Below are positions 18,534 to 27,864 of a DNA stretch of 32,000 nt, piece by piece. The notes beneath the pieces were generated by a model. It was not told the DNA's origin. It did not search any database and saw only the letters and a list, made by a program, of their open reading frames with translations. The first letter of the stretch is position 1. The number at the start of each line of letters is the position of its first letter. The stretch lies in contig NJBF01000027.1 of NCBI GenBank assembly GCA_003144275.1, positions 32,502-64,501 of the forward strand, given 5' to 3'. The stretch comes from Candidatus Heimdallarchaeota archaeon B3_Heim. Its GTDB lineage: Archaea; Asgardarchaeota; Heimdallarchaeia; Hodarchaeales; Hodarchaeaceae. The position numbers were made by a program, and so were the translations under genes.

Positions 18534-19034
18534 ATGAATTTTCTGTCGAATAATTTAGAAAAGCGTACTGCAGAGATTTTAAAAATTCTTTCAGATCCTA
18601 CGAGAAGGAAGATAATCAGCATAATTATACAAGAACCTAAAAATCCCCAAGAACTTGCCTCTCTGCTAAATATATCCCGACCTGCTATTGAAAAGCACTT
18701 GAAACTTATGTGTTCTCAATATGTAACTGAACGAACAGTTGAGCCTTTTCCCTCCCCTCATTATGTATATTATGTTTCTACACCTGGTTTGGACCTTTTA
18801 AATGCGATTTCAACAGCTACTGTCATTTATTTTCAATCAATGGATGGGATAATCAACGCTGAAATAGAAAAAATTGAACGTGACTTCATTTTACAAAGGA
18901 TCAGCCGAAAGGAGTATGAATCTCGGCATGAAAGTCTAAGATTGAAACAGATTGATCTCGCCGACTTACAGTTAACTCGGATTTGGATAGAAGAGGCAAA
19001 ACAAATGATAGCAAAGCATGAAAGGGATTCATAA
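18534..19034 (+). CDS. ArsR-family winged-HTH regulator with a C-terminal helical extension
   Basis: LKILSDPTRRKII, ELASLLNISRPAIEKHLK-x-M and a YY wing. Start ATG18534 or GTG18528. Confidence 0.88.
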   Translation: MNFLSNNLEKRTAEILKILSDPTRRKIISIIIQEPKNPQELASLLNISRPAIEKHLKLMCSQYVTERTVEPFPSPHYVYYVSTPGLDLLNAISTATVIYFQSMDGIINAEIEKIERDFILQRISRKEYESRHESLRLKQIDLADLQLTRIWIEEAKQMIAKHERDS

Positions 19035-19051
19035 CGCAATACTGTATAAAA

Positions 19052-19963
19052 TCATCGTATGTGGAGCAGGTTAACGAGGAGTCGTAGGTGTCTAGGAATT
19101 TCAGTTCTATAAATACGAAAATTAATTTTTTGTAGCTCAGTTTTATCAGGATGGGAAGGAGAATAAACCTCAATAACGTCGATAAAGCGTTGATAGAGCT
19201 TTATCCCTGCAATATTTGCTTCGAGCGGGTATTCCAAAGCTGCTTGGTCTTCATTAAGGCGAACATTCACGGTACCAAGATACATCTTTGCAGAAGAAGA
19301 AATCGCATCGGATATCATGAGAACTAGTTCTCCCGCATCTAATAATCTGGGAAAATTAGTTTTGAACTTGGATACAGGATCTTTTCCCCCCTGGACTGGG
19401 CGGTAATTTGAATCAAGTGGAATTAATACTTCATCCTGCTCAATTCCTCGTTCCGTTCTATGACCATTCAGTTCTATTGAAATATCTGAGTGAATTACTT
19501 CAACTTTTGTCTTTTCTAGATTAGTAAGCGCGTGTTCACGAGTATACGGGGTGGGATACAAAAAATTGGCTTGTTTTAATAAAACCTCTGTCACCCAGAG
19601 TTTTTCCTGAAAAACGACTGACAGATTCATTGTTGCTGGATCAAGGAGGAAAATTAATTCTGGACTCTTCATTCCACAAATCGTTGTTAGGCTAGTTGTT
19701 CGTTTTCCCCCAACTTTGTCAATTAAGGTATGTAGAATTGAAGGAACAATAATTTTATCTTGATATTGGATTTCATATGTTTCATCAAATAATAGAGGAT
19801 CCTTGGACGGTACAGAATAAGCATGATGAATCCATACATCTCCACTCACCCCCAATTGCAATTCTAAACTTTCTAATAGCGATTTTCGTCCTGGAAAGGA
19901 AAAATCATCAGCTTGTTCCATTTCTGGATCGTGAAAATCTGTTTTAGATCGATGATCTTTCAT
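19052..19963 (-). CDS. Hypothetical protein (303 aa)
   Basis: Long ATG-started ORF with normal composition. No family recognised. Confidence 0.8.
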   Translation of the reverse strand: MKDHRSKTDFHDPEMEQADDFSFPGRKSLLESLELQLGVSGDVWIHHAYSVPSKDPLLFDETYEIQYQDKIIVPSILHTLIDKVGGKRTTSLTTICGMKSPELIFLLDPATMNLSVVFQEKLWVTEVLLKQANFLYPTPYTREHALTNLEKTKVEVIHSDISIELNGHRTERGIEQDEVLIPLDSNYRPVQGGKDPVSKFKTNFPRLLDAGELVLMISDAISSSAKMYLGTVNVRLNEDQAALEYPLEANIAGIKLYQRFIDVIEVYSPSHPDKTELQKINFRIYRTEIPRHLRLLVNLLHIR

Positions 19964-20242
19964 TCCATATTATCAGTCGAATTAAGATTAAAAAGACTTA
20001 CCACTTAAATGATATTTTTCCCAAATTTGAGTATTTCATCATCAATTCTTGTTGGTAAATATCAAAGAAATACCAATCCAATCACCTGCGGATCTAATGG
20101 AATAGATTGCTTTCGTAAAATTTTTACAAAAGAAATACTTCCTATTAGTAATAAGTAAAAACAAGTAACGCTGTTTTGATGATATTTTTTTCAAGAAACA
20201 GAGAGTTGACAATAAGAAATCAAGATTAAAAAACTTAAAGTA

Positions 20243-21457
20243 TTAGAATTTGATTACTTGTACAGGAACAAATCTAGCAACCCGTTTTCCTAATTCCAGT
20301 CTTTCAACCACTGGTAGAACCTCAGATGATCCACGATAACCATATTCTAAGGATTCTACATTTTGGATTAACAACCGACTTTGCATGGGGGCTTGAGAAA
20401 GCTCAAAGTAGAATTCACGTTCATGTACAAGTGTTTTTACTTCACTATAGGGGTATAATAGTTTATATCCTCCTCCATGTGGAAGAATATTTATCTTATT
20501 AAGGATTGACGTGTGATCTTTTTCTTTTGCTTGCTGTGTTTGCATTCCCGTCCAATATTTTGTATTGATATTAGGTTTGCCCTCATACAAGTAAATGAAC
20601 GAATAACCATTAAATCCTATTGGGAATAATGGAAGAGGAGTTTCACCAGTTGCATCTAAAGAGTTATACAACCCTAGACGCATCGTAAATAAGTTGTTTT
20701 CTTGATAATACCCTTGATGAGTTGGGTTAGAAATACAAGTAATATTTTCCTCCCCAAAGAGAATTTCTGCAATCGATGTTCTCTTACTTTTCGAATATTC
20801 CTCCACTGATTTGAAATAGTTCAAATATTCAATACCTGATTTTTCTGGCAAACCCTCAACTAGACCAAATGGAGTTTTGACTCTCTCAAATTCTTCTTCC
20901 TTCCAGAAGCTTAAACCTTGTTTTTCTGTTTGTTGAGATGAATGTATAAGCACATAATCTCCTGGCAGTAAAAGCTTTTCATAATGAGAAGAATCGTCAG
21001 TCAATGACTCCAATCGGAGTAAATCAATGAAGTGATTGGATTTCCATACATCCCATTTGCCTGTTCGTCTTCCTACAGGTACACCATCTTTTTTTAAGAC
21101 TTGCAAACGATCCATTATCTGAAGTTTAGAAGGCATATTTGTGACATGGTAAAGACCAAAACCACAACCATTAGGATGAAGGAGACTAGGAAAAAGAAAA
21201 TCTTTCGTGATTACAGCACATCCATAACCAACTCCTGAATTAAATCTCGATTTATTTCTTGTAACACTGCCATCGGGCCCGAAAATAACTAATACATTAT
21301 TCGGATCAGAACCGGTAGCTTGATAAAAACTGATTATCTTAGCTAAACCAATGCTCATAACTTCTTTGGCTAATTTTGAAGTTAAATCTTCAGTCGTCCA
21401 AGAGTACATATGATAACTTGCTTCTTGTAACAAATTCCTTATCTGGACGCTATCCAT
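20243..21457 (-). CDS. Divergent RtcB-family RNA ligase-like protein
   Basis: Ordered motifs GPD, NGCG, SNHF, IHSS, THQ, PHGGG, YGYR and P-V-x-V-I-K match the RtcB layout. GGAGG SD upstream. Confidence 0.72.
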   Translation of the reverse strand: MDSVQIRNLLQEASYHMYSWTTEDLTSKLAKEVMSIGLAKIISFYQATGSDPNNVLVIFGPDGSVTRNKSRFNSGVGYGCAVITKDFLFPSLLHPNGCGFGLYHVTNMPSKLQIMDRLQVLKKDGVPVGRRTGKWDVWKSNHFIDLLRLESLTDDSSHYEKLLLPGDYVLIHSSQQTEKQGLSFWKEEEFERVKTPFGLVEGLPEKSGIEYLNYFKSVEEYSKSKRTSIAEILFGEENITCISNPTHQGYYQENNLFTMRLGLYNSLDATGETPLPLFPIGFNGYSFIYLYEGKPNINTKYWTGMQTQQAKEKDHTSILNKINILPHGGGYKLLYPYSEVKTLVHEREFYFELSQAPMQSRLLIQNVESLEYGYRGSSEVLPVVERLELGKRVARFVPVQVIKF

Positions 21458-21623
21458 CTAAATCTGACCTCCAATGAAGAGATTCAAGAATTAGGAATGA
21501 TTACTTCATTTCTAGCTAATTGATTGAACTAGTTATCCATTCAATAGCTTTTTCTCATATAAGTCTTAGCATTTCATTATCGCTATTAGAAATGAAAAAA
21601 AAAGGAAGACAACTATTTGTAAA

Positions 21624-23240
21624 TCAATATCCTTGAGCTTGACCATCCTTACGAGGATCAGAACCACCCATATAAGATCCATTCTCCGAAACAGATATAA
21701 TTTGACCCCCTCCAAAGTTCATCCCCACAGAGTCTCGTACATTATGTGCCATTCCCCGTAATTGTGCTTTTACTTGAAGAAGTATAGGTTCTTCAAATGC
21801 AACAAGGTTAGAATTTTGCTCATGATGAAAACGAGGACAGTTTATAGCGTCCTGAGGATCCATTCCATGTAGAACAAGGTTAAGAAATACTTGTGATTGT
21901 CCAATCGGTTGATGATGTCCGCCCATCACACCAAAGGAATGTAAAAGTTGATTTGTAGAAGGAGAAGTGATCATAGCAGGAATAATAGTGTGATACGGTC
22001 TTTTATGCGGTTCATATTGGTTAGGATGTCCTTTTTTCAGGGTAAATCCAGCTCCGCGATTCTGGAAAGCAATCCCTGTAATTGGATCAACGATTCCGGA
22101 ACCAAATCCATAGTATAGGGAGTTGATAAAAGAGATGGCAAATCCTTCTTTGTCGATAGCTGTCAAATAAACTGTATCTTCCCCCATATCCAAGGTATAT
22201 GGTAATGTATTCAGAGCTTTTCTAGGGTTTATTTGACTGGCTCGAGTATGAGCATATCTATTACTCAAAAGATCACTTACTTTCACAGTCATTGAATCTG
22301 GATCAGCTATATATGCAGAAGCATCAGAAAATGCTAGTTTTTTTGCTTCAATAAGAAAGTGTAAATATTCTGCGGAGTTGAGTGGATAACGTGCAATATC
22401 TAGCTCTTCCGCAATTGCTAAGATTTGTAAGGTGACAAGTCCTTGGCCATTCGGTCCATGTTCCCACAATTGATGATCATAAATTACTTTGGAAATCGGT
22501 TTCGTCCATTCTGCTGAAAAATCATTAAGATCAGATATACTAATGACACTTCCTTCCCCTTGTAGAAATTTAATTGTCCGATTCGCAAGATCACCTTTGT
22601 AGAAAAATTCATACCCATGTTTTGCGAGTTTCTGAAAAGTTGTTCCCAATTTTTCTTGAGTAAATATCTCCCCTGGTCGTGGAGCTCGTTCTTCGTCAAT
22701 TAAATATGTTCGACTCGCCCCTTCATGTAATTTGAGCTTTGGTACTAATTCATTCCAGACCTGAGCAATCAAAGGACTCACAGGAAATCCTGAATTTGCG
22801 TAATCTATGGCAGGATTAAGTACCTCTTCCCATGGTAAAAGACCAAATTTTTCGTGAATTATCCCCCATGCGCTTACAGCCCCAGGAACGGTAATTGGTA
22901 AGATTCCTGTTAAAGGTATTTCAGACAAATTATTCTCTGAAACTAAAGCATTATAGGATAATTTTCTAGGGGAAAAACCTGATCCATTAATTCCGATTGG
23001 TCGGTTTTCTCCAGGCACATGAAGTAGTGCAAATGCATCTCCTCCTATTCCTGTAGAAAATGGTTCAACTACATTAAGAACGGCCGCCATTGCAATTACG
23101 GCATCACACGCATTTCCACCAGCCTTAAGCATTTGAATTCCTACAGATGAAGCTAAAGGTTGCGATGATGCGACTAAGCCATTTTTTGCATGTATAGCGG
23201 ATCTTCCTGCTGAAGGTCGTCTCCAAAATTTTACTGCCAT
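21624..23240 (-). CDS. ggt: Gamma-glutamyltransferase
   Basis: GGNACDAVIA, EPFSTGIGGD, VPGAV, nucleophile GEDTVY, SFINS-x-Y-x-GFGS, FQNRG, PYHTIIP and GGHHQP. Confidence 0.96.
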   Translation of the reverse strand: MAVKFWRRPSAGRSAIHAKNGLVASSQPLASSVGIQMLKAGGNACDAVIAMAAVLNVVEPFSTGIGGDAFALLHVPGENRPIGINGSGFSPRKLSYNALVSENNLSEIPLTGILPITVPGAVSAWGIIHEKFGLLPWEEVLNPAIDYANSGFPVSPLIAQVWNELVPKLKLHEGASRTYLIDEERAPRPGEIFTQEKLGTTFQKLAKHGYEFFYKGDLANRTIKFLQGEGSVISISDLNDFSAEWTKPISKVIYDHQLWEHGPNGQGLVTLQILAIAEELDIARYPLNSAEYLHFLIEAKKLAFSDASAYIADPDSMTVKVSDLLSNRYAHTRASQINPRKALNTLPYTLDMGEDTVYLTAIDKEGFAISFINSLYYGFGSGIVDPITGIAFQNRGAGFTLKKGHPNQYEPHKRPYHTIIPAMITSPSTNQLLHSFGVMGGHHQPIGQSQVFLNLVLHGMDPQDAINCPRFHHEQNSNLVAFEEPILLQVKAQLRGMAHNVRDSVGMNFGGGQIISVSENGSYMGGSDPRKDGQAQGY

Positions 23241-23261
23241 TTTAATTGATCCTTTATCATT

Positions 23262-25304
23262 TCATGAATATTTTTCTATCCAGTTAATGATCTGTTTGAT
23301 ACGATCCACAATATGCCGAGGTTCACCACTACGAGATAGTTCATGACCATCACGAGGATATCGAATGAATCGCATTACTTTACCGTACCGTTTACCTAGC
23401 CAAAAGAGCTGTTCTGCACTCACGATAGGTACTCGAAAATCATTTTCGGCATGGATTATTAATAACGGTGTATTAATATTCTTCACGTGAGCAACGGGAG
23501 AATCAGACCAATTACGTGCGTACGTATCTATGATCTCACCATAGTGTTGCTCGAACCATATTGGAATATCAGTTGTTAAACCGAATCCAATAAATTCATA
23601 CACTCCTCTTTGACTAATAGCGGCTTTAAAGCGATTCGTTTGTGTGATTAACCATGCAGTCATATATCCTCCATAACTCCCACCAGTTACACTAATCCGT
23701 TGGGGGTCTAAACTCGGGTATTGGCTTAAAGCTGTGTCTAATCCTTTCAGAATATCATTTGCAGCAATCGTACCCCAATTTTCGAATACCGCTTTTCGAA
23801 ACTCAACTCCATACCCATCAGAACCGTGAGGATTACAGAATATAACTGCAAATCCGCGACCAACGAGTGAATTCCATTCGTGCCACATAGTTTTCTCATG
23901 AGGTGACCACATTGCAGCAGGCCCGCCATGAATCTCTAAGACTACAGGAATTTTCTCATCGCTGAAGCTTTCAGAGGGTAAGAAAATCCAGCCTTGTAAA
24001 GAATGTCCATTCAGCTGGAAAGAATAGGATTCTACTTTAGCAGGAGGATGCTCCTTCAAATAATTGTTATTTACTTCTGTTATCCTTCTTTCAACTGGAT
24101 TCTCGAGATTAGTGATGAAGATGTCACTTGGAAAGGAATTATGAGAAACTTCTATTGCTAGATCGCCAGTAGTTCTTGCTAGTGAGTACGAATTGATATT
24201 ACGTTCACCACCTACTACTTCTTCAACTAATTTAGTATGTAAATCTATTTTATAAAGTGATATTCGACCGTTAATAGGAGATAGGAATAATAGGGTCTCA
24301 TCAGTTAACCAACAAGCCATTGAAGCTGATCTGTGAAATTTTTCAGTTAAACAACTAATTTGAAAATCTTGTGGTGTATCTAAACTACATACAAAAATTT
24401 GTTGATCATCAAAAACTGTTTTATTCTCTCTTTTAGCTTCATACAGAACATTCTTTCCATCGGGAGATAGTTGGAAATTTGACACCCATCCAAACGCGGA
24501 TCCAAGAACGTTTGCTTTAGATGGATCATTTACTGTGATACTCAATATTTCTTGGGACATCGTCACAGAGGGATCATCAATATACTTGGACAGAATGATT
24601 TGAGTGTCAGCGTGAGTGAATGTTCCTAATGTATAATGATACGCGATATTACCTAGATGAATCACGTCAGATATACGAGAAGGTTTGTCATCACGAAAAA
24701 AATTTCCTATAGGTATTATAAAGGGCTGTGCCTTTCGTCCTTCCAGAAAATGAGTACCTTCACGATAAAACCCGTCATTAATTACCCGAGGATCCCTTGA
24801 AAGAGATTTTATTGTTTTTTCCTTTATTTTTTCGACTTCAAAATCGATTGGGCTAAGCACAAAGGATTTACTCACTTTTGGTTGTATTATCACTTCAAGT
24901 TCTTCTTCATTAACCATAGCCAGAACGTGGAAAGATTGACTATCGTGGCTCCAAGTGAATCCTACAACACCTTTTGGGAAGTTTGTTACTTGAAACGCCT
25001 CTCCCCCAGTAACCGACATGAGAAAAACTTGCATACCATTTTCCTGACGAGATGATAGAAATGCCAATAATTTACCAGAAGGGGAAAATTTTGCAGATGT
25101 GTCTAAGTGAGTTCCAGAAGTATAACGGATATAGTTTGTAGAGTCTTTAGTTTTTAGAAATAACCCTCCCTGATAAGAATTTTTCTTCTCATTTATTGTA
25201 CGAATAGTAAATACTAATCTCCCATCTGGAGATAAACATGGATTTTCAGCAAACCGTAAGTGGACAAAATCTTCAGCATTAATTGTTTTAACATGACTAT
25301 TCAT
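23262..25304 (-). CDS. S9 (acylaminoacyl/dipeptidyl) peptidase with a beta-propeller
   Basis: IHGGP, GGSYGGY (Ser), ENDFRVP (Asp) and GHELSRSG (His). Likely start ATG25304. Confidence 0.95.
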   Translation of the reverse strand: MNSHVKTINAEDFVHLRFAENPCLSPDGRLVFTIRTINEKKNSYQGGLFLKTKDSTNYIRYTSGTHLDTSAKFSPSGKLLAFLSSRQENGMQVFLMSVTGGEAFQVTNFPKGVVGFTWSHDSQSFHVLAMVNEEELEVIIQPKVSKSFVLSPIDFEVEKIKEKTIKSLSRDPRVINDGFYREGTHFLEGRKAQPFIIPIGNFFRDDKPSRISDVIHLGNIAYHYTLGTFTHADTQIILSKYIDDPSVTMSQEILSITVNDPSKANVLGSAFGWVSNFQLSPDGKNVLYEAKRENKTVFDDQQIFVCSLDTPQDFQISCLTEKFHRSASMACWLTDETLLFLSPINGRISLYKIDLHTKLVEEVVGGERNINSYSLARTTGDLAIEVSHNSFPSDIFITNLENPVERRITEVNNNYLKEHPPAKVESYSFQLNGHSLQGWIFLPSESFSDEKIPVVLEIHGGPAAMWSPHEKTMWHEWNSLVGRGFAVIFCNPHGSDGYGVEFRKAVFENWGTIAANDILKGLDTALSQYPSLDPQRISVTGGSYGGYMTAWLITQTNRFKAAISQRGVYEFIGFGLTTDIPIWFEQHYGEIIDTYARNWSDSPVAHVKNINTPLLIIHAENDFRVPIVSAEQLFWLGKRYGKVMRFIRYPRDGHELSRSGEPRHIVDRIKQIINWIEKYS

Positions 25305-25403
25305 AATGTTTCCCAACGATTGATGAATACAAATTCTCATGGGCAATCTTCTTCATAAGATTTATCCAGACCTCCACAATTTTGTCTTTGAATAATTTGA
25401 TTT

Positions 25404-25913
25404 TTACTCCATCTCTTCTGTTTCTGATATTTTATTCCCATATTTATGCATTTTTAACCAGCGCTCACGTACAATTGGCATGTGTTCACGCCTTACGTCG
25501 CATTTCCCTTTCGAATGGAGATATATTACCACTCCATCCGGATCTCGGATAGTAGTAAACTTATCATCAAAAATTTGCTCTCCACAGGCTATACATGTAA
25601 GGCGTGAAACCATTTTTTCAGTTACAGACGATCTTTGAGGTTGATCTTGATCTTCACGATACTCTACTTCTTCATCGTCCCTGGTTTTACCAATAATATC
25701 CTGAACTGAATTTCCACCCATATCTATATCTGCGGGAGAAAAAGTAATCATATCATCCTTTCGTTTTTGTAAGGAGAGTTTTCTTTTTGTAGATGTTTTA
25801 ACTGAATAAAATGGGCATGAAAGTAGATGACATTCGGTAGCCTTATCCCAGTACGAGCATAGATTGTTATTCCGAAACATACATTCTCTTTTATATTCTC
25901 TAAACGGAATCAT
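25404..25913 (-). CDS. Hypothetical protein with two putative Zn-binding modules
   Basis: N-terminal C-x7-C-x8-C-x4-C, acidic linker, and C-terminal CIAC-x22-H-x4-C. Confidence 0.75.
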   Translation of the reverse strand: MIPFREYKRECMFRNNNLCSYWDKATECHLLSCPFYSVKTSTKRKLSLQKRKDDMITFSPADIDMGGNSVQDIIGKTRDDEEVEYREDQDQPQRSSVTEKMVSRLTCIACGEQIFDDKFTTIRDPDGVVIYLHSKGKCDVRREHMPIVRERWLKMHKYGNKISETEEME

Positions 25914-25964
25914 TGACGGGTTTCCAATCTAAAGGGATTTTTAAGATCAACTAGGGAGATAGGA

Positions 25965-26108
25965 ATGAAGGATAATAACAACTCTTGTTTCCTAAAGAAT
26001 GAAGAATTCTGGATTAAATTATTTGAAATCTGTTTAAGTGATTTTGAATCGAAAAAATTCGTTTTTCAGAAAGGTATACTTAAGGAAATAAACCATGAAA
26101 ATCTTTGA
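25965..26108 (+). pseudogene. In-frame 5' segment of the DUF438/PAS gene, ending at TGA26106
   Basis: ATG25965 with GGAG upstream, then 47 open codons in the same frame as the 26109 ORF, separated from it by a single TGA. Confidence 0.55.
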
Positions 26109-27149
26109 TTGTTGATTCGGGGGATACAAGAGGAAAGACTGATATTGAACGACATAAAGCGAGTTAGTAGTATGCTCGCCTCATCTAAACTAGCTAAACT
26201 TCCTTCTGGTCATCCATTACACACCTTCATGCAAGAAAATCGTGCTATTGAAGCATTACTGGAACAATTTAAATTTATATTGAAGCAAATAAAGCAAAAT
26301 CAAGATGAAGCATTAAAACTAGAATTAAGAGCAAAATATAACTTGTTATTAGATATAAAAAAACATTATTTAAGACAAGAAGAACTATTATTTCCTCTTC
26401 TACAAGAGAGGGGAATGCATAAACCTTTATCATTATGGCGGACAAATATTGATAATATCCGTGGACGTTTATTACGAATAGAAGAGCTATTCTCTGCCAA
26501 TTTGATTTTCCCTCAGTCTATTGAAAATAAGATAAAACCTATATTGCAGACTATTCCTTGGATAATTAAGAAAGAAGAGACTGAAATTTTCCCTGCTGCA
26601 CTCGAAAAATTTTCCGAAGATGACTGGTTCCGCATTGCATCATTAAGTGACGGTTTCGGTTATTGTATTATTGTTCCAGATCGAGATTGGCAAAAATCAT
26701 CAATAAGTCCTAAATATAAAGAAATAGAACACTCTCAGATGATTAGCTTCTCTACAGGACGTATGCCTCAAGGATTATTTGAAAGAATAATGGAATATAT
26801 TCCACTACAAATATCTTTTATTGATGCTGAGGATAAATTGGTCTATTTTTCACCTACTAAGGTTCCAATTTTTAGAAGAACACTCGCAAATCTAGGTCGT
26901 GATGTCTACCACTGCCATCCTCCCAAAAGCATTAATCATGTGAACCGTATACTGAAAGATTTCAAGACAAACAAGCGTGATGAGGAAGAATTCTGGATTA
27001 ATCATCAAGGAAGATTCATTTACTTTCAATATCATGCTGTACGAGATGAGAAAGGAGCATATTTAGGAACTCTTGAAAGAATCCAAGACGCTACACGATT
27101 ACGTGAGATTCAAGGAGAAAAACGATTATTGAGCAATTTTAAGAAATAG
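26109..27149 (+). CDS. DUF438/hemerythrin-like plus PAS_10 domain protein (3' part)
   Basis: GHPLHTFMQEN, HYLRQEELLFP, KEETEIFP, FIDAED, GRDVYHCHPPKS and G-x-Y-LGTLE. Confidence 0.88.
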   Translation: MLIRGIQEERLILNDIKRVSSMLASSKLAKLPSGHPLHTFMQENRAIEALLEQFKFILKQIKQNQDEALKLELRAKYNLLLDIKKHYLRQEELLFPLLQERGMHKPLSLWRTNIDNIRGRLLRIEELFSANLIFPQSIENKIKPILQTIPWIIKKEETEIFPAALEKFSEDDWFRIASLSDGFGYCIIVPDRDWQKSSISPKYKEIEHSQMISFSTGRMPQGLFERIMEYIPLQISFIDAEDKLVYFSPTKVPIFRRTLANLGRDVYHCHPPKSINHVNRILKDFKTNKRDEEEFWINHQGRFIYFQYHAVRDEKGAYLGTLERIQDATRLREIQGEKRLLSNFKK

Positions 27150-27297
27150 TGGCTAGTCCAAATTTCTCATGAAAATAGTTAATCCAAAAAACTCTTAATG
27201 ATTTGATTGAAATTCTCATCATGTAGATTGATACTCTAATGTAGATTTCATTCGAATTTTACACTTTCAGAATGAAAATTCAGACTGAAGTGACTCA

Positions 27298-27753
27298 ATG
27301 TCAGAACCTGATTTATCAGTTGAACTTGAAAGTTTGAAAATTCAAATTACTCCTGGCGCAACTGAAGTATTATTGAATAGCAATGTTCCTCAAGCAATGC
27401 TAGTAAAAGAGATAAAAAAACGGTGGGAGAAGGATACTACTGCGTTAACAGTTAAAGATGCCATTGATTTAATGTTAAACTCTGATAAATACGTACAGTT
27501 GTCACGCAAGCTGCATAAAGAGCTTAAAGAGAAAGTAGAGGAGATTTCTTCGGTTCCAAGAATTCTCAGAAGAACTTATTTTACTCTAAAGCGACTAGAA
27601 GCACCAATTTCTGCAGGTCAAGTTTCACAAATAACACACCGAAAAACTAGTACAGAAAGAGTATATTTGAACAAATTAGCAAAAGCAGGATTGGTAAAAA
27701 AGGTAACGACAAAAAAAAATAAAATTCATTATTCAATCATCAAATTAAAGTAA
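27298..27753 (+). CDS. Protein with a C-terminal winged helix-turn-helix
   Basis: SAGQVSQITHRKTSTERVYLNKLAKAGLVKK followed by a wing ending HYS. Confidence 0.75.
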   Translation: MSEPDLSVELESLKIQITPGATEVLLNSNVPQAMLVKEIKKRWEKDTTALTVKDAIDLMLNSDKYVQLSRKLHKELKEKVEEISSVPRILRRTYFTLKRLEAPISAGQVSQITHRKTSTERVYLNKLAKAGLVKKVTTKKNKIHYSIIKLK

Positions 27754-27864
27754 TAAGAAGGAAATCTTGTAGAATCTATAACTACTATAGTTGAATTCAA
27801 GAAAGTAGTTTTTGACTGTTATACACAAATCATAATCCGTACTAATTGTTAAGGTGTAACTATT

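Noticed and set aside
18833-19173. Minus-strand ORFs overlapping the regulator and the 303-aa gene
   Set aside because: Overlap supported genes and have no motifs.
19964-20242. About 50-codon TTG-started minus-strand ORF in the gap after the RtcB-like gene
   Set aside because: Short, AT-rich, with no SD or motif; probably chance.
27150-27297. Possible SECIS for the in-frame TGA (ATGA...AA...GA)
   Set aside because: By eye the stem between the motifs pairs poorly, and the TGA column is not obviously a Cys site. A formal search is still needed.
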